The position numbers and the translations under genes were made by a program. From the NCBI GenBank assembly GCA_013001365.1, contig JABDMQ010000344.1:1-56856 (forward strand): a stretch of DNA of 56,856 nt. The letters run 5' to 3'. Shown here piece by piece: positions 35,945 through 46,400 of the stretch; within the stretch, counting starts at the first letter, position 1, and every line of letters starts with the position of its first letter. The stretch is from Flavobacteriaceae bacterium (GTDB lineage Bacteria > Bacteroidota > Bacteroidia > Flavobacteriales > Flavobacteriaceae). Under the pieces are notes generated by a model, which had not been told where the DNA came from, did not search any database, and was given only the letters and a program-made list of their open reading frames with translations.

Positions 35945-36004
35945 ATGAAAAAGCTCGCACTGAGTTTTGTACTGTTAGTTTGTGCAACCATATTTTTCGC
36001 ATAA
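35945..36004 (+). CDS. Unlisted 19-aa hydrophobic sORF (MKKLALSFVLLVCATIFFA)
   Basis: I translated it by hand. It sits between its own -7 box and a strong terminator. It looks like a signal or lipoprotein leader with almost no mature part. Confidence 0.35.
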   Translation: MKKLALSFVLLVCATIFFA

Positions 36005-36080
36005 TTTTTTAACGAAACTCTAAAGGACCATTTAGTTGCCTTAAAAGCAATTAGAAAAATGTTCTTAGAAATTAGTATAG

Positions 36081-36122
36081 ATCATTCTCGATACATCATT
36101 TGTGTCGAGAATGATTTTTTTT
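36081..36122 (+). terminator. Strong Rho-independent terminator
   Basis: A 15-bp stem, atcattctcgataca / tgtgtcgagaatgat (one G-U pair), has a 5-nt loop and is followed by a T-run of at least 7. Confidence 0.85.
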
Positions 36123-36161
36123 GTACCAACTGCCTAATTAACAGTTTTTTATAGTATTCAC

Positions 36162-36169
36162 TATATTTG
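36162..36169 (+). promoter_or_regulatory. Candidate -7 box (TATATTTG) for the OMP gene
   Basis: It is a perfect TAnnTTTG 57 nt upstream of the ATG at 36226. Confidence 0.4.
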
Positions 36170-36225
36170 TGACCGAATAAATTTTTGCTATCGGACGATA
36201 TGTCCCATGAACTAAAGATTAAGAC

Positions 36226-36882
36226 ATGAAAAAAACGCTATTGATATTGTTAGGTTGCATTGGTTCATTCATGGTCAATGCCCAAGAAATGGAAACCACA
36301 AATCCTGAACAGGATACTGCAGTTGAAAGAAAGAAAGATGTATTAAGACCAGCCAATGCTATTATTGCTGCAGTTGGCTCTGCAGTCGCAAATGGAGATT
36401 TACCAGATGCTAAATTCGATTTAAACTTTCAAATAGGTTATAAAAGGTCGATTGGAAATGGATTCAATTTAAATTTGACATACAATAAATTCAATATAGT
36501 ATTCGACAATATCTATAATGAAGGATTCATGTCATGGGATCTCGATCTTGAATATATGTTATTTCCTGATAAAGAGTTCACGCCATATATTTATGCAGGC
36601 CCTGGATTGAATGCCGCTAACGGAATTGAAAATACAGAATTGAAGTTTCAGCTTGGATTGGGGGTCGAGATCATGGTTTCGGATAATGTTGGGCTTAAAT
36701 TCTATGCAGACCATAACTTCTTGTCAAGTGATGACGTACTTGATGCAAGAGAATTCGGAGACTCCAAAGACACTTTCTATAAAATAGGCTTAGGTGCAAA
36801 TTTCTATATTCCTGATGGGAAGAGAAAAATCAAGGATGATGAACCATCTTTTATTAAATCGAATAAGCTTGATGACAATTAA
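36226..36882 (+). CDS. Small outer-membrane beta-barrel (porin/OmpW-like family, 218 aa)
   Basis: It has a signal peptide ending VNAQ, an alternating strand pattern and aromatic strand ends (GLGANFYI). Confidence 0.65.
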   Translation: MKKTLLILLGCIGSFMVNAQEMETTNPEQDTAVERKKDVLRPANAIIAAVGSAVANGDLPDAKFDLNFQIGYKRSIGNGFNLNLTYNKFNIVFDNIYNEGFMSWDLDLEYMLFPDKEFTPYIYAGPGLNAANGIENTELKFQLGLGVEIMVSDNVGLKFYADHNFLSSDDVLDAREFGDSKDTFYKIGLGANFYIPDGKRKIKDDEPSFIKSNKLDDN

Positions 36883-36906
36883 CCAAAAGCAAGAAACCAT
36901 TAATGG

Positions 36907-36937
36907 AAAGCATTCAATATTTATTGAATGCTTTTTT
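36907..36937 (+). terminator. Rho-independent terminator after the OMP gene
   Basis: The stem is aaagcattcaat / attgaatgcttt with a 4-nt loop, followed by a T-run. Confidence 0.8.
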
Positions 36938-36959
36938 AGTTATCACAAATTAGTATTGT

Positions 36960-36967
36960 TATTTTTG
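36960..36967 (+). promoter_or_regulatory. Candidate -7 box (TATTTTTG) for the purM-like gene
   Basis: It lies 18 nt upstream of the ATG at 36985. Confidence 0.45.
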
Positions 36968-36984
36968 CAAGGCAAACAAAAATA

Positions 36985-38163
36985 ATGGCCGAGGAAATCA
37001 GTAAAAGATATAGTTTGAGAGGTGTGTCAGCCTCTAAAAAGGACGTCCACAAGGCTATTAAGAATGTGGACAAAGGATTATTTCCTAAAGCATTTTGCAA
37101 GATAGTTCCAGATCACTTAACAAGGGATGAAAAATATTGCCTTATCATGCATGCCGATGGTGCGGGAACAAAAAGTTCGTTGGCTTATATGTACTGGAAG
37201 GAAACTGGCGATATTTCTGTTTGGAAAGGCATTGCTCAAGATGCTTTGATAATGAATATAGACGATTTGCTTTGCGTTGGTGCAACAGACAATATATTGC
37301 TCTCTTCTACTATAGGAAGGAACAAGAATCTTATTCCTGGTGAGGTTATTTCTGCAATTATCAATGGTACAGAGGAATTGATCAAGGAATTGTCAGAATT
37401 CGGCATTACAATTCATTCCACTGGAGGAGAGACAGCAGATGTCGGTGACCTTGTTAGGACGATAATCGTCGATTCTACAGTAACAGCAAGGATGAATCGG
37501 AAAGATGTCATTGACAATGCAAATATAGAAGAAGGTGATGTTATTGTTGGACTTTCTTCCTTTGGCCAGGCCACCTATGAGAAAAACTATAATGGTGGAA
37601 TGGGCAGCAATGGCTTGACATCGGCAAGGCATGATGTATTTCATAAATATCTTGCTGATAAATACCCTGAGAGTTTCGATGCTGCTGTTCCAAATGAATT
37701 GGTTTATTCTGGAAATACCAAATTAACAGATCATATTGATGGTTCTCCGATAGATGCTGGGAAACTTGTACTGTCTCCTACACGCACCTATTCACCGATC
37801 ATCAAGCAAATTCTTTCAAAATTCAACTCTGAACTCATACATGGGATGATTCATTGCTCGGGAGGCGCACAAACAAAGATTCTTCATTTTGTTGATAACC
37901 TACATATCATTAAAGACAATATGTTCGAAATCCCACCTTTGTTCAAATTGATACAGGAGCAATCCAAGACCGATTGGAAAGAGATGTATCAGGTTTTTAA
38001 TTGTGGCCATCGTATGGAATTATATGTGGATCCTTCAATCGCTCAAGAAATCATCGATATTTCCAAATCCTTTAATGTTGACGCACAGATTGTAGGGAAA
38101 GTGGAAGCTGCAGTGGCCAAGAGGTTAACCATAAAGAGTGAATTCGGGGTTTTCGAATATTAA
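36985..38163 (+). CDS. purM: AIR synthase-related protein (long-form PurM-like phosphoribosylformylglycinamidine cyclo-ligase, 392 aa)
   Basis: It has RGVSASKKDVH, MHADGAGTKS and DDLLCVGA, a PurM N/C-domain organisation, and the size typical of the Bacteroidota form. Confidence 0.65.
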   Translation: MAEEISKRYSLRGVSASKKDVHKAIKNVDKGLFPKAFCKIVPDHLTRDEKYCLIMHADGAGTKSSLAYMYWKETGDISVWKGIAQDALIMNIDDLLCVGATDNILLSSTIGRNKNLIPGEVISAIINGTEELIKELSEFGITIHSTGGETADVGDLVRTIIVDSTVTARMNRKDVIDNANIEEGDVIVGLSSFGQATYEKNYNGGMGSNGLTSARHDVFHKYLADKYPESFDAAVPNELVYSGNTKLTDHIDGSPIDAGKLVLSPTRTYSPIIKQILSKFNSELIHGMIHCSGGAQTKILHFVDNLHIIKDNMFEIPPLFKLIQEQSKTDWKEMYQVFNCGHRMELYVDPSIAQEIIDISKSFNVDAQIVGKVEAAVAKRLTIKSEFGVFEY

Positions 38164-38444
38164 ACGAACTCTTTCATTACAAGAACAAATGCTGATGTTA
38201 AAATGGCATCAATGACAAAGAGCATTGAAAACAAGGTCAATGAAGAAATTCCAGCATTCCTAAAAACAACTATCCGCCTCCTTTTACTGTTTGCGATAAT
38301 GAACCATACCATTAGCGTCAATAATAATTTCGTTATGATTGCTGATACTAAATTCGGATTATAAAGCACGATAAAGACATTCACTAGGAAGGACCATAAA
38401 AAGAGCGATTTGTAATAATCAAGGATTGATGAAAGCTTTCGCAT
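38160..38444 (-). CDS. Hypothetical small membrane protein (94 aa, ~3 TM)
   Basis: This is the only long ORF in the gap. It is strongly hydrophobic and overlaps the convergent purM-like stop by 4 nt. Confidence 0.45.
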   Translation of the reverse strand: MRKLSSILDYYKSLFLWSFLVNVFIVLYNPNLVSAIITKLLLTLMVWFIIANSKRRRIVVFRNAGISSLTLFSMLFVIDAILTSAFVLVMKEFV

Positions 38445-38532
38445 GATATTTAAAACGATTTGGAGCTAGTTTTTATTTTGCGGACACTAATAATGATGTG
38501 CCGAGCCCTAAGGCAAGAATGATAATTTGTCG

Positions 38533-38540
38533 TATTTTTG
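38533..38540 (+). promoter_or_regulatory. Candidate -7 box (TATTTTTG) for prfA
   Basis: It lies 20 nt upstream of the ATG at 38560 and inside the TTG-started extension of the track ORF. Confidence 0.45.
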
Positions 38541-38559
38541 CCACCAATCCAAGAGATTC

Positions 38560-39636
38560 ATGTTAGAGAAACTGCAGATAATAAAACAACGCTTTGATGA
38601 GGTCAGCGACCTTATCATACAGCCTGATATAATCTCTGATCAAAAAAGATACGTCCAACTTAATAGGGAGTATAAGGATTTACGTTTATTAATGGATAAG
38701 CGTAAAGAATATCTTGAATTAACAGATAACCTCAAGGAAGCAGAAGAGATCATTTCTGATGGAAGTGACCCGGAAATGGTCGAAATGGCAAAACTTCAAT
38801 ATGATGAAGCTAAAGAACGAATTCCTGAATTAGAAGAAGAAATCAAGGTGATGCTTATCCCTAAAGACCCAGAAGATTCCAAGAATGCAGTTGTGGAACT
38901 TCGTGCAGGAACAGGAGGAGATGAGGCTAGTATTTTCGCAGGAGACCTTTTCAGGATGTACACCAAGTATTGCGAAAGCAAAGGTTGGAAAGTCAGTACA
39001 GTAGATTTTAGTGAAGGTACGAATGGTGGATTCAAGGAAATACAGTTCGAAGTTACTGGAGAAGACGTCTATGGTACCTTGAAATTCGAAGCAGGTGTTC
39101 ATCGGGTGCAAAGAGTGCCTCAAACCGAAACTCAAGGGCGAGTGCATACAAGTGCAGCTACAGTAATGGTTTTTCCAGAAGCTGAAGAGTTCGATATTGA
39201 AATCGACCCAAAGGACGTGCGCATTGATTATTTCTGTTCTTCTGGACCAGGTGGGCAATCCGTTAATACGACTTACTCAGCGGTACGATTAACTCACGAA
39301 CCGACAGGACTTGTAGCACAGTGTCAAGACCAAAAGTCGCAGCACAAGAACAAAGAAAAAGCGTTTAAGGTACTGCGTTCACGACTATATGATCTTGAAT
39401 TAGCAAAGAAGCAGGAAGAAGATGCAGCAAAACGGGGGTCCATGGTGAGCAGTGGCGATAGAAGTGCCAAAATTAGAACCTATAACTACCCACAAGGACG
39501 TGTTACGGATCATAGAATAGGCTTAACATTATATGATCTTCAAAATATCATTAATGGTGATGTCCAAAAGATCATCGATGAATTGATGCTTGCCGAGAAT
39601 ACAGAAAAGTTGAAGGCGAATAGCGATGTAATCTAA
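38560..39636 (+). CDS. prfA: Peptide chain release factor 1
   Basis: It has the [15 protein letters not shown] start, RAGTGGDEA, the P.T tripeptide region ([13 protein letters not shown]) and the GGQ motif [10 protein letters not shown]. No frameshift site is present, so it is not prfB. Confidence 0.93.
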   Translation: MLEKLQIIKQRFDEVSDLIIQPDIISDQKRYVQLNREYKDLRLLMDKRKEYLELTDNLKEAEEIISDGSDPEMVEMAKLQYDEAKERIPELEEEIKVMLIPKDPEDSKNAVVELRAGTGGDEASIFAGDLFRMYTKYCESKGWKVSTVDFSEGTNGGFKEIQFEVTGEDVYGTLKFEAGVHRVQRVPQTETQGRVHTSAATVMVFPEAEEFDIEIDPKDVRIDYFCSSGPGGQSVNTTYSAVRLTHEPTGLVAQCQDQKSQHKNKEKAFKVLRSRLYDLELAKKQEEDAAKRGSMVSSGDRSAKIRTYNYPQGRVTDHRIGLTLYDLQNIINGDVQKIIDELMLAENTEKLKANSDVI

Positions 39637-39642
39637 TTTTGA

Positions 39643-40464
39643 GTGACAACAGAGCAACTCACACGTGAAATAAGAAAAAAGAAGTCCTTTCTTTGTATTG
39701 GATTGGATGTCGACCTTGATAAGATTCCCAAGCATCTACTAAAGGAAAAAGATCCGATTTTTGCATTCAATAAAGCGATCATAGATGCAACCCATCATTT
39801 ATGTGTGGCATATAAACCTAATATCGCTTTTTATGAGGCTTATGGTATAAAAGGATGGCAATCCTTGAAAAAGACCATCGAATATCTTAATGAACATCAT
39901 CCAGGGATTTTTACCATAGCAGATGCAAAAAGGGGAGATATCGGAAATACAAGTTCAATGTATGCAAAAGCATTCTTTGAAGACCTTAACTTCGATTCAA
40001 TCACGATTGCACCTTATATGGGCAAGGATTCTGTTGAACCTTTTCTAGCATATAAGGATAAATACAGCATCCTTCTTGCTTTGACCTCAAATAAAGGGGC
40101 TCTTGATTTTCAAACAAAGGATTCAGAAGGCGAAGAACTTTACAAAAGGGTTATCGAAACGTCACGAAGTTATGCGAATTCAGAGAACCTGATGTATGTT
40201 GTAGGCGCAACCAAAGCAGAATATTTGACTGAAATCCGCAAGATCATCCCAAATAGTTTCTTATTAGTGCCAGGAGTTGGTGCTCAAGGAGGAAGCCTTC
40301 AAGATGTTTGTAATCACGGGATGACCAAGGATATAGGACTTCTTGTTAATTCCTCGCGAGGTATAATTTACGCCTCGAACAAGGATGATTTTGCCCATGT
40401 GGCAGCTCAAAAGGCGAAAGAATTACAAGAGCAAATGGAGGTCATACTTAATACCTCAAATTGA
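39643..40464 (+). CDS. pyrF: Orotidine 5'-phosphate decarboxylase (type 2, 273 aa)
   Basis: [18 protein letters not shown] and VPGVGAQGG are present. The start codon is GTG. Confidence 0.9.
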   Translation: MTTEQLTREIRKKKSFLCIGLDVDLDKIPKHLLKEKDPIFAFNKAIIDATHHLCVAYKPNIAFYEAYGIKGWQSLKKTIEYLNEHHPGIFTIADAKRGDIGNTSSMYAKAFFEDLNFDSITIAPYMGKDSVEPFLAYKDKYSILLALTSNKGALDFQTKDSEGEELYKRVIETSRSYANSENLMYVVGATKAEYLTEIRKIIPNSFLLVPGVGAQGGSLQDVCNHGMTKDIGLLVNSSRGIIYASNKDDFAHVAAQKAKELQEQMEVILNTSN

Positions 40465-40472
40465 ATTAGGTT

Positions 40473-40673
40473 CTAAATTGCTTTTACTTTCTTTAGACGG
40501 TCAAAAATCTTGTTTGCTTCATGATAAAAGAAATCACTTAGTCCAGCATCAGATTGCATTAAATTATATGCATTCTCAATAAACGTAGTATAGCGTTTCT
40601 CTAAATTAGAGGTATTGTAGATTATATTGTCTTTGGACCTAATGGTCCCTATTTTACAGTGTCGTTGATTCAT
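40473..40673 (-). CDS. Hypothetical 66-aa protein
   Basis: It is the only ORF in this gap, convergent with pyrF. I recognise no motif. Confidence 0.3.
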   Translation of the reverse strand: MNQRHCKIGTIRSKDNIIYNTSNLEKRYTTFIENAYNLMQSDAGLSDFFYHEANKIFDRLKKVKAI

Positions 40674-40901
40674 AGCACAATCCGTTTATATATAATATAC
40701 GAACGAACTGATAATAAAGTTGTTAACAAAAACAAAAACCGATTTACATTATGTAAATCGGTTCCCTCTAACTAACTTTCCAATTCAGATGATTAACAAT
40801 GAGTTATGACATGAATGGTTGAAATAAAGTTCATGAATTTCAAGCTTAATAATGTTATGTTAATATTAGGATTAGGTTAAGTGTATTTATTATTTTTAGA
40901 T

Positions 40902-41414
40902 ATGCGAACACCTAAGAATTACCTTGCTTGCCTCTTGCTCTTCATGTTTGTTTCATCAATTATAGCGCAGGATAAATGCAATTGCTGTACCGAAAAACAT
41001 TCCGAATTCGACTTCTGGATTGGGTCTTGGGTCGTTACTAATCCTGATGGATCAGCAGCAGGTAATAATGTTATTGATAAAATTCAGGATAATTGCATTT
41101 TAAGAGAGAATTGGACCAGTGCCAAAGGAAACTACACAGGCACTAGCAGTAATTTCTACAATTTGCAAAACAAGCAATGGGAGCAGATATGGATCGATAA
41201 TCAAGGACAGCAGCTTCACCTAAAAGGAAATCGGGTTGGTAATAAGATGATCCTGACATCGGACGAACTCAAGAACCAGGATGGAGAATCATTTCGAAAT
41301 CGAATTACTTGGACGCATAATGAAGACGGCACTGTCCGTCAATTATGGGAGATTCTTCAAGAAGGTAAAGAACCTACCATTGCTTTTGATGGACTATATA
41401 AAAGATCGAACTGA
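40902..41414 (+). CDS. Secreted hypothetical protein (DUF1579-like resemblance)
   Basis: The signal peptide MRTPKNYLACLLLFMFVSSIIAQ precedes a CNCC motif and FDFWIGSWVV...WEQIWIDNQG. I prefer the start at the second Met of the track ORF. Confidence 0.55.
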   Translation: MRTPKNYLACLLLFMFVSSIIAQDKCNCCTEKHSEFDFWIGSWVVTNPDGSAAGNNVIDKIQDNCILRENWTSAKGNYTGTSSNFYNLQNKQWEQIWIDNQGQQLHLKGNRVGNKMILTSDELKNQDGESFRNRITWTHNEDGTVRQLWEILQEGKEPTIAFDGLYKRSN

Positions 41415-41456
41415 GTCTCTCGGAGTTTCTTATCTTTCGTTTAGAATCCTATTTTT

Positions 41457-42407
41457 ATGCAGCTAAAATCATTCAATTTAATTTTCTTATTGGCAATTTT
41501 ACTTCTTCTGGATTGCGAACAAAGAATCGAAAAACCCGAAATTCCATCAGGACAATTCATAACCATTCTTGGCATTGCTCAAGATGCGGGATATCCTCAA
41601 GTGGATTGTAAAAAAGAATGTTGTGTGCCCTTTTATAACGGTATCGAAAAAAAGAAACGAGTAACCTCTCTCGGATTGGTTGATAAAACTTCTAACGAAA
41701 AATGGTTGTTCGATGCAACACCGGACATTACTTCGCAATTAGATGACCTTAATCGTAATCATCTGGATAATAAGCCTATTATAAACGGAATATTCTTGAC
41801 ACATGCGCATATCGGGCATTATACTGGTCTCATGTATCTGGGCAGGGAGGTGCTTGGCGCAAAGGAAATCTCGGTTTATGCTATGCCAAGAATGAAAGAT
41901 TTCCTTGAAACCAACGGTCCATGGAGCCAGTTGGTGTCTTTAAGGAATATAGCGCTAAAGGAATTACAGGCTGAGACAACTGTAAAATTGAATGCGAGAT
42001 TGAAAGTGACTCCTTTCCTTGTACCACATCGCGATGAGTATTCCGAAACGGTAGGCTATAAAATAGATGGGCCAACTAAATCTGCGTTATTCATTCCAGA
42101 CATCAATAAATGGAGTCTTTGGGGGAGGGATATCGTAGATGAAGTCAAGAAAGTCGATTATGCTTTTTTGGATGCCACATTCTTTAAAAATGGAGAAATT
42201 GCTAGACCTATGGATGAAGTACCACATCCATTCATTACTGAAACTACCAAGCTTTTTGAGAAGGAGAATCTAGAAACAAAGGCGAAGGTTGTATTCATTC
42301 ATTTCAATCATTCCAACCCTGCAAATCTAAATTCACATAAATTGAAGGATAGTATTATAGATCTAGGCTTTCGTTTTTCTGCAGAAGGTTTGAATTTCGC
42401 CTTATGA
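41457..42407 (+). CDS. PqqB-like MBL-fold protein with a signal/lipoprotein leader
   Basis: GIAQDAGYPQVDCKKECC and FLTHAHIGHYTGLMYLGRE resemble the PqqB family. The N-terminus is hydrophobic with LLLDC. Confidence 0.65.
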   Translation: MQLKSFNLIFLLAILLLLDCEQRIEKPEIPSGQFITILGIAQDAGYPQVDCKKECCVPFYNGIEKKKRVTSLGLVDKTSNEKWLFDATPDITSQLDDLNRNHLDNKPIINGIFLTHAHIGHYTGLMYLGREVLGAKEISVYAMPRMKDFLETNGPWSQLVSLRNIALKELQAETTVKLNARLKVTPFLVPHRDEYSETVGYKIDGPTKSALFIPDINKWSLWGRDIVDEVKKVDYAFLDATFFKNGEIARPMDEVPHPFITETTKLFEKENLETKAKVVFIHFNHSNPANLNSHKLKDSIIDLGFRFSAEGLNFAL

Positions 42408-43256
42408 GAAAATAACGGTTTTATTATTGTAGACCATTACTTTTCGATCAAGGTGCAGTTTAATAGCATTCGACAAAACGATTTTTTCGAGGTCACGACC
42501 CTTCGAAATCAAGTCTGAAATCGAATGCGAATGAGTTACACGGGCTACATCCTGTTCAATAATTGGCCCTGCATCCAATTCTTCTGTAATATAATGGCTG
42601 GTCGCACCAATGATCTTCACACCTCGCTTAAATGCCGAATGATATGGTTTTGCACCGACAAATGCAGGTAAAAAAGAATGATGGATATTAATGATCTGAT
42701 TTGGGAATTTATTGATGACCTTTTTCGATATGATCTGCATGTAACGTGCAAGTACAATAAAATCCACTTGATGTTCCTGCAAAAGATCTAATTGCTTGTT
42801 TTCGGCCTCTTCTTTGGTGTCTTTCGTAACTGGGATATGATAAAAAGGAATTTTAAAACTATCCGCAATTTGCTTCAAGTCTTTATGGTTGCTAATTATA
42901 AACGGGATCTCAACATTCAGTTCCCCTGAATTGTACCGACCTAGAATATCATAAAGACAGTGGTCATATTTCGAAACGAATAAGCCCATCCTAATAGTAT
43001 CTTGAGATGGATACATGCGCCAATTCAATTTGAAGCGTTCAACCAAGTTTTCTTCAAATGAGGCCTTAAAAACATTCAAGTCAAAATCATGGTCGTCGAA
43101 TTCCGTTTCCAAACGCATGAAAAATATGTTTTGATCCCTGTCAACATGCTGATCGATGTATACGATATTACCCTGCTCTGCAGCTATGAAATTCGTAACT
43201 GAAGCAATGATTCCGGATTGGTCCTTGCAATGAATCAATAATGTAATACCCTTCAT
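42402..43256 (-). CDS. purU: Formyltetrahydrofolate deformylase
   Basis: An N-terminal ACT domain precedes a formyltransferase core (INIHHSFLPAF, GATSHY). The product is 284 aa. Confidence 0.92.
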   Translation of the reverse strand: MKGITLLIHCKDQSGIIASVTNFIAAEQGNIVYIDQHVDRDQNIFFMRLETEFDDHDFDLNVFKASFEENLVERFKLNWRMYPSQDTIRMGLFVSKYDHCLYDILGRYNSGELNVEIPFIISNHKDLKQIADSFKIPFYHIPVTKDTKEEAENKQLDLLQEHQVDFIVLARYMQIISKKVINKFPNQIINIHHSFLPAFVGAKPYHSAFKRGVKIIGATSHYITEELDAGPIIEQDVARVTHSHSISDLISKGRDLEKIVLSNAIKLHLDRKVMVYNNKTVIFS

Positions 43257-43404
43257 GAAAAATCGAAATATATTTCCGCTTCAAAAATACTTTAAAACCA
43301 CATGTCGACAATAAAGGCAAATGGAATTATATAATTATGAAGAAGTAGGCGGTTTCATTGAATAATCCGTAAATTTACACTTCTCTAAACAAGTTTAATT
43401 ACGA

Positions 43405-46400
43405 ATGAAACAGATCGCTCCTTATAAGCCAAAACACAAGGTTAGGATTGTAACTGCAGCCTCATTGTTCGATGGCCATGACGCCGCTATCAATATAATG
43501 CGTCGAATCATTCAGTCAACAGGTGTTGAAGTCATTCATCTTGGGCATGACAGAAGTGTGGAGGAAGTTGTCAACACGGCGATTCAAGAAGATGCAAATG
43601 CTATTGCCATGACCTCTTATCAAGGCGGCCATAATGAGTATTTCAAGTATATGTATGACCTTCTTCAAGAAAAAGGAGCTGGGCATATCAAGATTTTTGG
43701 TGGTGGTGGCGGTGTTATTTTACCAGAAGAGATCAAGGACCTAATGGATTATGGAATTACACGAATCTACTCTCCCGACGATGGTCGTGAAATGGGCCTT
43801 CAAGGCATGATCAATGATCTAGTGAAATTAGCCGATTTCGCCATAGGTGATAAGTTGAATGGCGAGGATAAAATTCTCAATAAGAAAGACCCTAAGGCTA
43901 TTGCAAGAATCATATCTTCTGCTGAGAATTTTCCCGATGTAGCGAATAGTGTCATGAAATCAATTCATGTCAAGAACAAGACATCCAAAACACCTGTTTT
44001 GGGTATAACTGGAACTGGAGGAGCAGGAAAGTCATCCTTGGTTGATGAATTGGTCCGTCGGTTCTTAATGGATTTTCCAGAGAAATCTGTTGGGTTGATA
44101 TCTGTGGATCCATCAAAAAGAAAAACTGGTGGAGCACTTCTTGGTGATAGGATAAGGATGAATGCGATTAATTCACCAAGGGTATACATGCGAAGTCTTG
44201 CAACGAGGCAATCAAACCTGGCACTATCTAAATACGTGAGCGAGGCCATTGAGGTATTGAAAGCTGCAGAATACGATTTGATCATCTTGGAAACTTCTGG
44301 CATTGGCCAGTCGGACACAGAGATCATTGAGCATTCAGATGTTTCTCTTTATGTCATGACTCCAGAATTTGGCGCAGCCACGCAATTGGAGAAAATTGAT
44401 ATGCTCGATTTTGCGGATCTCGTTGCCATTAATAAGTTCGATAAACGCGGCGCGCTCGATGCATTGCGAGATGTAAAGAAACAGTATATGCGCAATAACA
44501 ATCTTTGGGATACGCCACAAGAGGAGTTGCCAGTTTATGGAACCATAGCTTCTCAGTTCAATGATCCTGGTATGAACTCACTTTACAAGGCAGTTATGGA
44601 CAGTCTTGTTGAAAAAGCCGGAGCCGACTTGAAATCCAGCTTTGAGATCTCGGATGAAATGAGTGAGAAGATATTCATCATCCCACCTGCACGTGCGCGT
44701 TATTTGTCTGAAATAGCTGAGAATAATCGTGCCTACGATAAAATTGTCAGAGAACAAGTTGAGGTAGCTCAAAAACTTTACGGCATTTATAAGACATTGG
44801 AGTCGGTTCTTGGAGAAGAAACCCCAGTTATTGACAAATCTGGAATAAGTGAGGAGTCTGTTAGTTCAATTATAGAGGAGAATAAAGACTTCATCAAGTT
44901 ACTAGTTTCTGAATTCGACCGAATCAAAATGAACCTGGACCCACACAATTGGGAGGTCATTATTGGCTGGGACAAAAAGGTAAATCGATATAAGGATCCC
45001 ATCTACTCATTTAAGGTAAGGGATAAGGAAATCAAGATAGAAACACACACAGAGTCCTTATCACATAATCAGATTCCAAAGGTGGCATTGCCCAAATACA
45101 AAGCTTGGGGAGATATTCTTTATTGGGTTCTTCAGGAAAATGTTCCAGGAGAGTTTCCATTTGCCGCTGGATTGTATCCTTTCAAAAGAACAGGTGAAGA
45201 TCCTGCACGAATGTTTGCAGGTGAAGGTGGTCCAGAACGAACGAACAGACGTTTTCATTATGTGAGTATGGGTTTACCTGCCAAGCGATTGTCTACTGCT
45301 TTTGATAGTGTGACTCTTTATGGTAATGATCCAGGTCATCGTCCTGATATCTATGGAAAAATCGGAAATGCTGGCGTTTCTATATGCTGCTTGGATGATG
45401 CCAAGAAACTGTATTCAGGATTTGATCTTGCCGACAAGATGACTTCTGTAAGCATGACCATAAATGGTCCGGCTCCTATGCTACTTGGATTTTTCATGAA
45501 TGCCGCTATAGATCAGCAATGTGAGAAATACATAAAGGAAAACAGACTTGAAAAAGAGGTAGAATCTAAAATAACTAAGATCTATAAAGACAAGGAGCGT
45601 CCTCATTACAATGGAGACCTTCCAGAAGGAAACAATGGCCTAGGATTAATGCTCCTAGGGGTGACAGGAGACCAGGTATTACCAAGAAAAGTTTATGATG
45701 AAATAAAGGCAAAGACCATTGCTCAGGTGCGAGGAACAGTTCAAGCAGATATACTTAAGGAAGACCAAGCTCAGAATACCTGTATTTTTTCTACCGAATT
45801 TGCCTTGCGGTTGATGGGTGACGTACAAGAGTATTTCATAGATAATAAGGTCAGGAATTTCTATTCGGTATCTATTTCAGGATATCATATAGCTGAAGCA
45901 GGTGCAAATCCAATATCGCAATTGGCTTTTACCTTGTCCAATGGATTCACCTATGTTGAATATTACTTGTCTCGAGGAATGGACATCAATAAGTTCGGAC
46001 CAAACCTTTCCTTTTTCTTCTCAAACGGAATTGATCCTGAATATGCGGTTATTGGACGCGTCGCTAGGAAGATTTGGGCAAAGGCACTGAAACATAAATA
46101 TGGAGCGAATCCAAGAGCACAAATGTTGAAGTACCATATACAGACTTCAGGGAGAAGCTTACATGCCCAGGAAATCGATTTCAACGACATTCGTACAACA
46201 TTGCAGGCGTTATATGCTATTTATGACAATTGTAATTCTTTGCATACAAATGCATATGATGAGGCTATTACTACCCCAACTGAAGAATCTGTTAGGAGAG
46301 CGATGGCCATTCAGTTGATCATTAATAAGGAATTAGGATTGGCAAAGAATGAGAATCCACTGCAAGGCTCATTCATCATAGAAGAATTAACTGACCTTGT

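Noticed and set aside
36005-36175. I considered read-through of the 19-aa sORF into a further ~56 codons, which would make it a nonsense-mutated lipoprotein pseudogene.
   Set aside because: The continuation runs straight through the 15-bp terminator stem and its T-run, and it has no recognisable domain. I kept this only as an alternative noted in the finding.
36794-36985. A 63-aa track ORF bridges the OMP gene end and the purM-like start.
   Set aside because: It spans the terminator hairpin (36907-36937) and the purM-like -7 box, so it is not plausible as a gene.
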